Shown: positions 1 to 8,956 of the stretch, piece after piece
Layout of the letters: every line of letters starts with the position of its first letter
Position numbering within the stretch: position 1 is the first letter of the stretch
Assembly (NCBI GenBank): GCA_038211855.1
Contig: JBBQVE010000005.1
Coordinates: 33 to 64,032, forward strand
Direction of reading: 5' to 3'
DNA length: 64,000 nt
DNA from: Candidatus Saccharimonadales bacterium
GTDB lineage: Bacteria > Patescibacteriota > Saccharimonadia > Saccharimonadales > SZUA-47
Program-made: the position numbers and the translations under genes
The notes under the pieces: generated by a model
What the model was told of the DNA's origin: nothing
The model's database searches: none
The model's input: only the letters and a program-made list of their open reading frames with translations

Positions 1-67
1 TGGGCAAGGCAGATTGTGCAAAACTATTCGGAAGATTGCGTATACTGTTAAGCAGAAGAGGGAAGAA

Positions 68-1003
68 GTGAGAAAGCACCATTCATTTTTGTTTGCAGCT
101 GTTTTTGGCATCGTCGGTGCTGTGCTCATTCTGATCTCTCACGCAGCCACCCCTGTAAATAACGCCATCGAACCAGAATCAGGCGTGCTTACAGGGACGG
201 CGATCGCCAACATAGATACGACGGCCTCAAACAGTAAGTATGTCGCTTTTCAACCCCCAGCTAGCTGTTTGGTGGGTCAAGTGGGCACACCCCCCAACTG
301 TACGATCCCTCCAAGCACTACCACGTTGCCCCCAGGTAGCGTTTTACCCGACGATGCCACTTGTGCCGCCCGCGTCGTGAAAGCCCCTGAAATTCGCCCA
401 CAGAACGCCACACAGAATACCACTGCTGGCTCCAACAAGAATCTGACCGGCAGCGCCTTCCGGGCGAAGGTCGATGGCAATTTCACCGGCTCCACCGACG
501 AAATCCTGCAGTGGGTTGCCTGTAAGTGGGGAATCAACGGCGATGTCGTCCGTGCTCAAGCTGCCAAAGAATCGTACTGGACGATGAGCGCCAAAGGAGA
601 TTGGACGACTGTTGCGAGCTCGTGTCCGCCCGCGCATGGCCTCGGGGTCGATGGCACACCCGGCCAGTGTCCGGAAAGTTACAGCATTATTCAAGACAGA
701 TGGAATTACTTCGGTGGAGGGGCCAACCCGCCAATTAATAGCTGGCCAGAAGTAGAAACTTCAACCGCCTACGCACTTGATCTGGCCTATTCTTCGTGGC
801 GAGACTGTTATGAAGGTAATTACGGATGGCTCAACACCGTTGATCACACCGGTACCTATGCGGCGGGCGACCAGTGGGGCTGCGTCGGTGTTTGGTTTGC
901 TGGACGCTGGTTAACGACCGATGCTAACACCTACATCTCAGCCGTGCAGAATAACTACAACACCAAGATTTGGACGACGAGCAGCTTTATCAGCTATAGA
1001 TAA
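68..1003 (+). CDS. secreted or membrane-anchored protein with putative lysozyme-like (SLT-like) C-terminal domain
   Basis: ORF track 14..1003. GTG at 68 preceded by GAGGGA gives RKHH plus a hydrophobic signal-anchor. Short IEPESG...ASNSKYVAF...GTPPNC leader module. The C-terminal block ILQWVACKWGINGDVVRAQAAKESYW resembles the catalytic Glu-Ser region of lytic transglycosylases (by eye only). Confidence 0.55.
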   Translation: MRKHHSFLFAAVFGIVGAVLILISHAATPVNNAIEPESGVLTGTAIANIDTTASNSKYVAFQPPASCLVGQVGTPPNCTIPPSTTTLPPGSVLPDDATCAARVVKAPEIRPQNATQNTTAGSNKNLTGSAFRAKVDGNFTGSTDEILQWVACKWGINGDVVRAQAAKESYWTMSAKGDWTTVASSCPPAHGLGVDGTPGQCPESYSIIQDRWNYFGGGANPPINSWPEVETSTAYALDLAYSSWRDCYEGNYGWLNTVDHTGTYAAGDQWGCVGVWFAGRWLTTDANTYISAVQNNYNTKIWTTSSFISYR

Positions 1004-1260
1004 AAAGCGCATTAAGCTAGTACGATTTGGCTAGCTGTATAAGCGCACTATTGGGTCCGTTTTTAACATCCTCAGATATGCACATGAACAGAGACAAAAC
1101 AGAGAGAAAATGCTTTACCTTAACCACCGAGAGGCGTACACTGGTGGATAGGTCTAAAAAAACAAAAAGACCAAAACAAAAGTCTCGGACATCTACAAAA
1201 CACAAACAAAAACGTCTTAGCGGGTGATACCCAAGCTGCGAAGACTACAGGTACAACAAC

Positions 1261-4200
1261 ATGGTTCGTGCCTTCTTTGGGCATATTCTAAACAGTGTAA
1301 AGGCTGCGGTAAGGCAGCTTATTACTTTGTTTTCTGCAAAGACTACCCCTGTTGCGTATCTGAAGACGGCCACACTGATGGCCGTTTTTGTTATTCTGAC
1401 TACTGTTATTTCTGTCACAGGCGTGTTTTCTTATACGCGCGGGGGTGCGAGCGCAGCCGCGAACAGCAATCTCAACTTCCAGGCAAGACTGCTCAGTAAT
1501 ACCGGTAACCTCGTTGCTGATGGGTCGTACAATATCGAGTTTAAGATCTACAAGTCCGCTGCAGCTGGCACATCCGCCCAAAGCGTCTGTAGCTTGAACG
1601 CCAGCACCGACGACTGTTACTGGCTGGAAACCCGCAGCGGTGCCAATACCGTCACCGTGAAGAACGGCTACTTCAGCGTTAACCTTGGCTCAGTCACCGC
1701 CTTCGGCACAAGTATTCCATGGGACCAAGACCTCTGGATGAGTATGCGTATCGGCGGCATAGGCGCACCAAGCTGGGATACCGAAATGACGCCGCGCTTC
1801 AAACTCACAGCTGTGCCATACGCCTATCGCGCCGGCAAACTCCTCGACTCCACCAACACTAATGCATTCACTGCTGATGATCTGATCCAAAAAGCGCCGA
1901 CTGTCATCCAGACCCTCAACAGTACACTGGCCGCCATTCGCCTCAACCAACAAGGCACCGGCGGTCTTTTGCAGTTGCAGAAAAGTGGCAGCGACATCTT
2001 CACCATCGACAACGGTGGCTCGATTACTTCGGTCAGTACGGGGACGAACACGTTTAACCAGGGGGCGACGGGGCAGTTGAGTCTGGTGTCAGATTTGACT
2101 TCGGCCTCGCGCTCGACCTCGTCGTTTTCAATCACGCAGGCTGATAACGCGACAAATAGTCAGTCAGCACCCCTGTTGACGGTCACAAATAGTGATCTTA
2201 CTTCAACAGGCTCGCTTGCCACACTGACCCAGTCATCGACCGCTGCTGCCGACGCCCTGGTAATCTCGACGGCCAGCAATACTACGGCGATATCAGTCAC
2301 GACGCCGGCTGGCGGCACTGCCCTCACGACCGTTGGGTTAACTTCTGGTACGGCCATCAATGCGGACACGGTCACGACTGGTACGGCACTGTCAGATGCC
2401 GGCCTGACATCGGGCACGGGCCTGACGGTTGGCAGCGGCAACGCGATAACAACGGGGGTGGGCTTGCTCTACAATACTACGAGTAACGCCTTCACAACGG
2501 GGAAAGCCTTGAATGTAACAGGGTCCGCTGGTGCGATTACCGCCGATTTCAGCGGGGCTTATATCAACGTGAATCCAACCCGCACACTCACGGCGGCTGC
2601 GACTCGTACTGACTCGGGTAACTTCCTGAATCTGACGCGCGTAGATACGGTGAACAATGCGGGGGCCACGTACAACGTCATCGGTGCACTTGCCAATCTG
2701 CAAAGTACCTGTACGCAGACGGCAGGATCCTGCTCTGATAGCTCAAATATCCTGAACTTGAGCCAACAGTATGCCAATGCAACAGGGGCGGTGTTGAACG
2801 TGAGCGGAGCGGGTACAGGTAATCTTGCGGTGTTTAACGCGACAAATGCCGCAGCAAACGGCGTGTCAATCAATGTGCAATCAAACTCCAACACTAAGTA
2901 TGCCTTTAAGGTGACCAGTAACAACGGTGCCATCAATGGCTTGAATGTGCTTGCCGATGGTACGGTGCAGCTACCAATCCAAACCACTAATGGATTTGTG
3001 AAAACGAGTGGCGGCAATGGCTCGCTGACCGTCGCCACATCAATCGGGCTAGGCTCAACAGATGTCAGTGGCACGCTCGGCATTAGTAACGGCGGCACTA
3101 ATAGTACCGCGACGCCTACCGCCGGCGGCATTGCTTACGGTGCTGGCACCGCCTTTGCCTTCACGGGTGTAGGCATCGCGGGGCAGTGTTTGACCAGCAA
3201 TGCTGGCAGTGCGCCAACCTGGGCAAGTTGTGCTGGCACCGGTTCGGGTACAACTTTGCAGGCGGCCTTCAACAACGGCAATACGATTTTGACAACCGAC
3301 GCTCGGGACTTCAGCGTAACGCTTGCAAACACCACGACCAGTCCAAATGCCTTTATCAATATTGCAGCTGCATCAACCGGCCGCTTTGCTGTACAAAATA
3401 ACGGAGCCGACATATTTGGTGTGAACACAGCAAGTGGTGTGACGATCGGCGCCAACGCTGCCATCAATGGCAACACGATAATCGGCAGCGCTACTACCAA
3501 CCGTCTTACGCTTAACGCGCAGATCTTAGGCACAAACGCATTGGTCTTCCAGGGCGCCACCGATAATGCTTTTGCGACGACCTTTGCCATCACTGACCCA
3601 ACCGCCAACCGCACCATTACGGTGCCAGATGCCAGCGGCACGCTCGACTTTACAGACCTCGCACAAACCTTTAGTGCGTCCAAAACCTTCGGTGCCGGAC
3701 TGTCGATTACGAGCGGCCAAAGTTTGACGATAAATGCCAGTACCTTCACGAGTCTGACTGGCAATAACCTCACCAACACCGCTGGCGTCCTTGGCACCAC
3801 CAACAACCCAAGCTTTACGACGAGCGTCACGACACCGCTCCTCACCAGCTCGGCTGGCCTGACGATTAACAGCGGTAACAATACAATTTCAATCGGTGCC
3901 ACCAACACGGCCATCCAACGCATCGCGTCAGGTACCTTAACCTTCGACCTGAATGATGCTGGAGCTACGACCTTCGCCATCGACAACAGCGCAGCTGGCG
4001 CGGCAAGTATTAACTTGGTTGATGGTGGTCTTCAAACAGCTGGTACGAGCCGCCTGACAAATGCCGGCGTCTTGCAGAATATTACCGGGCTGACGATTGC
4101 TAGCGGCGGTGCAAGTGTCACAGGCGCTGCAACCTTCGTGAACGATGTTGCCATAAATGGCAATACCACTATCGGAAGCGCTACTACCAACCGTCTTACG

Positions 4201-5433
4201 CTTAAAGCGCAGATTCTTGGTGCCAATGCCGAAGTCTTCCAGGGTGCCACCGATAACGCCTTCACGACGACACTCAGCATCACCGACCCAACCGCCAATA
4301 ATACGATCATCGTGCCGGATGTCAGCGGTACGATTCTATTACTCGGCGCCTCGGCCATCCAGACAGATAGCTCAACTAATGTCTCAATCGGTATTAATAA
4401 GACGGGTGCGAGTGGAAATATTCTTACGTTGCAAAAGAATGGAACTAGCGTGTTTACTGTCGGGAACGACGGTGCAATAACTCATGCAGTCACTTCAACA
4501 GCGGCCTTAGTTGTTAACAATGGCACGGGTACTGATTACTTCACAATTAATACCAGCGGTGCACTTGTTCAAATTGGTTCAACCACTGCTGATGCAACGG
4601 GAGTTATGCTTGTGCTCGACACCAAAAATACAACTGGTGACCCTACAGGCCAAAACGGCGGAATGTACTACAACTCAGCTGTGCAATCATATCGTTGCTA
4701 CAGAGGTGTAAATGGTAATGCGAACGATGGTATATGGGAAAGCTGTGGCAAGAATCCAATTGACCACACCTGGAACCTAGAGGAAGACTTTATATCGGGC
4801 AACACGACTGCTTTTGCGATTGGCTCACTTGGCTGGAACCTGCAAACAATAACTACAGGTGTAACAGTGTCATATAATAATGCCGGAGTTCTGGCTCCGA
4901 CCTCTGATCGCCCGGGTATATTACGCTTACGAACAAACGGTAACGTAAGTCGCGGGTCGACTATGTCATTGGCTGGCTCAAGTCTCAGTCCGCTTCCTGT
5001 TGGAGCAGGCACAACAATACGAACAAGCGTCGCAAACTTCAAAAACGGAGGTGCAAATAGTCCAGTATTACGAATCGGTGAACATTCCGAAACAATATCA
5101 ACGACTGCGCCAACCGCAGGTGTATGGTGGGAAGCTGATACGGCTACAAATGCTAACTGGCGATACTGTTATGGGAGTGGTGCAGCGGCTTTGTGCGCAG
5201 TAAGTTCAGTCGCAATCGCCGACAACACGTGGTATCGACTAGAGATTCGTGTAGTAAGTACCACAGCCGTTGACTTCTTTATTAACGGTATAAAGACAAG
5301 TGTTACTGGTATAACACTTGATACCACAACGCAAACCGCTCCAGCATTGACTTGCTTTGCAGGTAGCGCTGTTCAACAAGATTGCTTTGAGGATTATTAT
5401 CAGATTTCAGGCGGCTCCGGTGCGGCTCGCTAA
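1261..5433 (+). CDS. giant (1390 aa) Thr/Ser/Ala/Gly/Asn-rich cell-surface protein with N-terminal TM anchor and C-terminal LamG/ConA-like domain
   Basis: Single uninterrupted 1390-codon ORF with an N-terminal hydrophobic helix (LMAVFVILTTVISVTGVF). The N-terminal module NLNFQARLLSNTGNLVADGSYNIEFKIY...YFSVNLGS...PRFKLTAVPYAYRA recurs in large bacterial fibre/surface proteins. The middle is beta-rich and low-complexity. The C-terminal part (WYRLEIRVVSTTAVDFFINGIK) looks like a jelly-roll lectin fold. Confidence 0.85.
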   Translation: MVRAFFGHILNSVKAAVRQLITLFSAKTTPVAYLKTATLMAVFVILTTVISVTGVFSYTRGGASAAANSNLNFQARLLSNTGNLVADGSYNIEFKIYKSAAAGTSAQSVCSLNASTDDCYWLETRSGANTVTVKNGYFSVNLGSVTAFGTSIPWDQDLWMSMRIGGIGAPSWDTEMTPRFKLTAVPYAYRAGKLLDSTNTNAFTADDLIQKAPTVIQTLNSTLAAIRLNQQGTGGLLQLQKSGSDIFTIDNGGSITSVSTGTNTFNQGATGQLSLVSDLTSASRSTSSFSITQADNATNSQSAPLLTVTNSDLTSTGSLATLTQSSTAAADALVISTASNTTAISVTTPAGGTALTTVGLTSGTAINADTVTTGTALSDAGLTSGTGLTVGSGNAITTGVGLLYNTTSNAFTTGKALNVTGSAGAITADFSGAYINVNPTRTLTAAATRTDSGNFLNLTRVDTVNNAGATYNVIGALANLQSTCTQTAGSCSDSSNILNLSQQYANATGAVLNVSGAGTGNLAVFNATNAAANGVSINVQSNSNTKYAFKVTSNNGAINGLNVLADGTVQLPIQTTNGFVKTSGGNGSLTVATSIGLGSTDVSGTLGISNGGTNSTATPTAGGIAYGAGTAFAFTGVGIAGQCLTSNAGSAPTWASCAGTGSGTTLQAAFNNGNTILTTDARDFSVTLANTTTSPNAFINIAAASTGRFAVQNNGADIFGVNTASGVTIGANAAINGNTIIGSATTNRLTLNAQILGTNALVFQGATDNAFATTFAITDPTANRTITVPDASGTLDFTDLAQTFSASKTFGAGLSITSGQSLTINASTFTSLTGNNLTNTAGVLGTTNNPSFTTSVTTPLLTSSAGLTINSGNNTISIGATNTAIQRIASGTLTFDLNDAGATTFAIDNSAAGAASINLVDGGLQTAGTSRLTNAGVLQNITGLTIASGGASVTGAATFVNDVAINGNTTIGSATTNRLTLKAQILGANAEVFQGATDNAFTTTLSITDPTANNTIIVPDVSGTILLLGASAIQTDSSTNVSIGINKTGASGNILTLQKNGTSVFTVGNDGAITHAVTSTAALVVNNGTGTDYFTINTSGALVQIGSTTADATGVMLVLDTKNTTGDPTGQNGGMYYNSAVQSYRCYRGVNGNANDGIWESCGKNPIDHTWNLEEDFISGNTTAFAIGSLGWNLQTITTGVTVSYNNAGVLAPTSDRPGILRLRTNGNVSRGSTMSLAGSSLSPLPVGAGTTIRTSVANFKNGGANSPVLRIGEHSETISTTAPTAGVWWEADTATNANWRYCYGSGAAALCAVSSVAIADNTWYRLEIRVVSTTAVDFFINGIKTSVTGITLDTTTQTAPALTCFAGSAVQQDCFEDYYQISGGSGAAR
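3460..3645 (+). repeat. internal direct repeat copy 1 (62 codons) inside the giant surface-protein gene
   Basis: AINGNTIIGSATTNRLTLNAQILGTNALVFQGATDNAFATTFAITDPTANRTITVPDASGTL. By hand alignment about 144/186 nt and 51/62 aa are identical to copy 2. A 29-nt run at 3487-3515 is identical to 4177-4205. Confidence 0.9.
4150..4335 (+). repeat. internal direct repeat copy 2, 690 nt (230 codons) downstream of copy 1
   Basis: AINGNTTIGSATTNRLTLKAQILGANAEVFQGATDNAFTTTLSITDPTANNTIIVPDVSGTI, in frame with copy 1. Confidence 0.9.
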
Positions 5434-5503
5434 ACGAAACTCTTCGTAGTCTAAAGCTGTCAGATTGTGTTACCCTTATATAAGCAAAAGAGGGTATCTA
5501 CAA

Positions 5504-6259
5504 GTGGCAGTGATTGCGGTAACAAATCAGAAGGGTGGCGTGGGCAAAACAACCACCACCATCAACCTAGGTGCTTATTTGGCACGCGCCGGCAAGACGG
5601 TGTTGATTGTTGATTTGGATCCGCAGGGCAACGCCAGTAGCGGACTTGCCATCAATAAAGCCGGACTTGAACACAAAACCATGTACGAACTATTGGGTGG
5701 CCAAGTGACTGCTGCTGACATTGTGTTACAGACTGCACAAAAAAACCTACACATCTTGCCGACTGGTGGCGAACTCGCGGCATCAGAAGTAGATTTGGTT
5801 GGCGTAGAGGCCAGGGAATTCGTCCTCAAAAAGGCACTTTCCGGACTGGCCTATGATTACATCCTCATTGACTGTCCACCGTCGTTATCTCTGCTTACGG
5901 TTAACGCATTAGTCGCTGCCGACAAAGTTCTGATTCCTGTACAAACTGAGTTCTATGCCCTAGAAGGGCTAGGGCAGTTAATCGACGTCGTGCAACGGGT
6001 GCGCGCGAGCATCAATCCGCACCTTGAATTACTCGGTATTGTCATGACGATGTATGATGCACGGACTTCGCTGTCTGGTAACGTACGTGATGAGCTGATC
6101 AAGCACTTCGGCGACAAGGTATTTACGACGCAAATACCACGGAATGTGCGTTTGGCAGAGGCACCAAGCTATGGTAAAACGATTGCCGAGCATGACAAAT
6201 GGAGTAAGGGTGCTAGAGCCTATAAAGGGTTGGCAAAGGAGGTGATGACACGTGCCTAA
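5504..6259 (+). CDS. parA: chromosome partitioning ATPase ParA/Soj
   Basis: Deviant Walker A KGGVGKTTTTINLG and ParA-family length. The start is probably GTG 5504 (VAVIAVTNQKGG); the ORF track start at TTG 5465 is the alternative. Confidence 0.93.
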   Translation: MAVIAVTNQKGGVGKTTTTINLGAYLARAGKTVLIVDLDPQGNASSGLAINKAGLEHKTMYELLGGQVTAADIVLQTAQKNLHILPTGGELAASEVDLVGVEAREFVLKKALSGLAYDYILIDCPPSLSLLTVNALVAADKVLIPVQTEFYALEGLGQLIDVVQRVRASINPHLELLGIVMTMYDARTSLSGNVRDELIKHFGDKVFTTQIPRNVRLAEAPSYGKTIAEHDKWSKGARAYKGLAKEVMTRA

Positions 6260-7121
6260 GAACACAGGACTCGGACGAGGCTTTGATGCGCTGATTCCAA
6301 CGAGCTTTGACGTTGGACTTCTAGAAGATGATTCAAATCGAATACAAAAATTATTCATAACCGAAATCACCCCTAATAGCGATCAGCCAAGAAAGTTGTT
6401 TGACGACGTTGCGCTTGAAGAACTTTCTGGGTCTATCCGTGAACATGGTGTATTGCAACCAATCATAGTTGTACAAAAAAGTGATAAGACCTTCCGCATT
6501 GTAGCCGGGGAACGCCGTTACCGAGCCAGCCAGTTGGCAGGGCTCGACAAGATCCCGGCAATTGTCCGTACGCTCGATGAACTGAAAGAGTTAGAACTGG
6601 CATTGGTTGAAAACGTTCAAAGGGTAGACCTGAGTGCGTTAGAACAGGCGGCTTCGATTGCGCGGCTGCAACAGCAGTTCAGTTTGGGGCTTTCGGATAT
6701 CGCCAAGAAACTCGGTAAGGCAGAGACCACGATTAGCAATATTGTGCGACTCTTACAATTGCCGCCCGATGCACAAGAAGCTTTGGCCCAAACTAAGATT
6801 TCTGAGGGCCATGCTCGTCAAGTTTTGGCTTTGAAGGATTCCCCGAAACAGCAGGCCGAGCTACTACGGCTGATTATTGCCAATGGGTGGTCGGTTCGCC
6901 AAGCCGAGCAATTTGTCACAGCCAGTAAAGCCGGTGCCAAAGATTCTGGCGAAGCCAAAAAACAGCTTGCCACCACCACGCCCGAAACTAAGAAACTTAG
7001 CACATACGTAGCTGCGCCCGTGCATATCAAACGGACAGCCAAGGGCGGTGAAATCCTCATCAAGTTTAAAGACGATGCCGATATGGCTCGAATTATAAAT
7101 ACAATTTCTGGAAGCAAGTAA
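6252..7121 (+). CDS. parB: chromosome partitioning protein ParB/Spo0J
   Basis: N-terminal GLGRGFDALIP, the ParB box IVAGERRYRA, and an HTH region. Overlaps the parA stop by 8 nt. Confidence 0.93.
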   Translation: MPKNTGLGRGFDALIPTSFDVGLLEDDSNRIQKLFITEITPNSDQPRKLFDDVALEELSGSIREHGVLQPIIVVQKSDKTFRIVAGERRYRASQLAGLDKIPAIVRTLDELKELELALVENVQRVDLSALEQAASIARLQQQFSLGLSDIAKKLGKAETTISNIVRLLQLPPDAQEALAQTKISEGHARQVLALKDSPKQQAELLRLIIANGWSVRQAEQFVTASKAGAKDSGEAKKQLATTTPETKKLSTYVAAPVHIKRTAKGGEILIKFKDDADMARIINTISGSK

Positions 7122-7558
7122 TGGACGGCGTTGATCCGCGGCTGAGCGATATTAATGACTGTTTGTATCGTGTCGCAGCGAAGGCGATTATCGTACATGA
7201 TCACAAAATCCTGACAGTCAAAGATAACGGTGATGCCCATTGGGGACTACCCGGTGGTGGTATTGATTATGGCGAGGAAGTGAAAAGTGCACTGTGTCGT
7301 GAACTGTTAGAAGAAATTTGTGTTGGCATGGAAGATATTCTCACTATAGAAGGGCCGGTGCTGATTTCGACAGATGGCATTGTGAATGGCGTGCCGCGTA
7401 TTAACATCTGTTACAAAATAGAAGTAAGGTTTGGAGCAGTAGCGCGGGGTAGTGATGTGGACGATATCCACTGGCAGACTGCAGATGAACTGGCTGATCT
7501 CCCTATGAGTCCGTCGATCACCGAGCACAAGACAGAACTTACGGCCTTTCTAAAGTAG
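7121..7558 (+). CDS. NUDIX hydrolase
   Basis: Nudix box GLPGGGIDYGEEVKSALCRELLEEICV (GX5EX7REUXEEXGU). The start overlaps the parB stop (TAATG). Confidence 0.85.
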   Translation: MDGVDPRLSDINDCLYRVAAKAIIVHDHKILTVKDNGDAHWGLPGGGIDYGEEVKSALCRELLEEICVGMEDILTIEGPVLISTDGIVNGVPRINICYKIEVRFGAVARGSDVDDIHWQTADELADLPMSPSITEHKTELTAFLK

Positions 7559-7614
7559 CAAAAAGTGGGGCGGGGATTTTACATATTTTGCTAGAAAATC
7601 TTAAAAAAGCAAAT

Positions 7615-7623
7615 TGTGGATAA
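7615..7623 (-). promoter_or_regulatory. perfect DnaA-box 9-mer (TGTGGATAA, the reverse complement of TTATCCACA)
   Basis: Exact match to the consensus, inside a visibly AT-rich 294-bp spacer between convergent genes. It is a single copy only; TTTTCCAAA nearby has 2 mismatches. Confidence 0.35.
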
Positions 7624-7852
7624 CTAAGTTTTTAAATCGGGGGACTCGTCTGTATTTTTTGAGATCTCACAATGTACGTATGTAAGTCTTAAATTATTCA
7701 AAAAATAAATTCTCAAATAGAAATATAAACCCCCTACTTCCCTTTTTTATTGCTTTTTCCAAAAGCTGAATTCCCTCTTAAAATTCATAAAATTTGGGAA
7801 AGGGAATACTTAAAAACACAATTTTATAATTAGCAAATATATGATGTTAAAT

Positions 7853-8542
7853 TTAAAAGTATAGAGGCAAGGCGTTGACACGCATAGCTTCATAGGTGGA
7901 TACAGCCTGAGCGGCCTCACTATTACCATCATCGGCTGCGAGCTGTGCAAAAGGATAAATATGCGCTTCAGCTATTGCTGCGATGCGGCCAAGGACTGCC
8001 GGTAAAACTTCAGCCTCATGTTGGTATGGATAAGGGTCGCCGAAATCATGATATTCCCTATGGCGGTTTATTGGCTGAGCCTCTCTCGGTTCAACTGAGT
8101 CCCCAGCATGACCTATATAAAGAAACCAGCCACGGATATACTTTTTGTCCCATCTGCATGGTCGACAGCCGTGAATAGCATAAGGCATTTCTCTAGTGTC
8201 TTCGATTTCACGAAGTCTATCAGGTTCAGGGCCATGAGCAGAGATAACCGGTAAAAGAAAATCAGTACGTTTCACCTGTGCCTCGACGGCATCTTCGCCG
8301 CAGAATTTCTCAGCATCTTCATCAGGTTTGTCGTTGGATCCCGCTACGGTTTCAATAGTTAAATCTAGATGATTTAACACGACACCAGCTATACCGACGC
8401 GAAAGCCGCTGTAATGGTTGCTGTTTCTCATCGCCTCACGCGAGGCGTTCGCAAGCCTTAGTCGAAGCACCTCAAAGTTGAGTGCAGCACTAAATGGTAT
8501 GGTTTCGCGAGAAAGATAACTTCCACTACCGGGTTGAGACAT
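7853..8542 (-). CDS. divergent cytidine-deaminase-fold protein (CDA-like zinc deaminase)
   Basis: HYSGFRVGIAGVVL, FCGEDAVEA and HGCRPCRW match by eye the tetrameric-CDA signature YSxFxVGAA / CAE / PCxxCRQ (three Cys zinc ligands plus a catalytic Glu). There is an insertion of about 20 aa between the motifs and a C-terminal extension of about 90 aa. Confidence 0.55.
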   Translation of the reverse strand: MSQPGSGSYLSRETIPFSAALNFEVLRLRLANASREAMRNSNHYSGFRVGIAGVVLNHLDLTIETVAGSNDKPDEDAEKFCGEDAVEAQVKRTDFLLPVISAHGPEPDRLREIEDTREMPYAIHGCRPCRWDKKYIRGWFLYIGHAGDSVEPREAQPINRHREYHDFGDPYPYQHEAEVLPAVLGRIAAIAEAHIYPFAQLAADDGNSEAAQAVSTYEAMRVNALPLYF

Positions 8543-8583
8543 TGGATAGTATTATAACATTTAAATTATAAAATTAATAATGC

Positions 8584-8952
8584 TTATATAGTTTTAATTA
8601 CGAGCGCTTGGACGAGCTTCTTGATTTGGTCACGCGGCGCACGAACACCTTTGAGTGGCACGTCAGCCAAATCCTGGATTTTCCAATATTCATATTTCGG
8701 ACTGCTCGTGAGCCAATCAGGCGTGTCAGCTGCGTTGGTTAGTCGCTTGGGATAATTATTGGAGATGTCTGTCCCATCTTCTTTCATGGCTTCGACGATA
8801 CCAATAGCACCCGGAAAATCACCAATGCGGGTGTTTGGATCTGAGGCTACCGTTCCAGCGGAATCGGTCTCATCATCTGACATGCTCTTAAAATATTCCA
8901 TCACTGACTGGCTACGATCAACGTTCCCATGACACACAAATAATACTTTCAT
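8584..8952 (-). CDS. low-molecular-weight phosphotyrosine phosphatase / ArsC-like
   Basis: N-terminal P-loop VCHGNVDRS (CX5R-S) at residues 7-14; size 122 aa. Confidence 0.8.
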   Translation of the reverse strand: MKVLFVCHGNVDRSQSVMEYFKSMSDDETDSAGTVASDPNTRIGDFPGAIGIVEAMKEDGTDISNNYPKRLTNAADTPDWLTSSPKYEYWKIQDLADVPLKGVRAPRDQIKKLVQALVIKTI

Positions 8953-8956
8953 GCAT

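Noticed and set aside
2559-3986. Long antisense ORFs (190 and 283 aa, with several shorter ones) on the minus strand inside the giant surface-protein gene.
   Set aside because: They lie entirely within a 1390-codon sense ORF of biased, low-complexity composition (ACN/GCN/GGN-rich), which suppresses stop codons on the opposite strand. Their products are Val/Ala/Pro/Leu-rich nonsense with no start context. They are a composition artefact.
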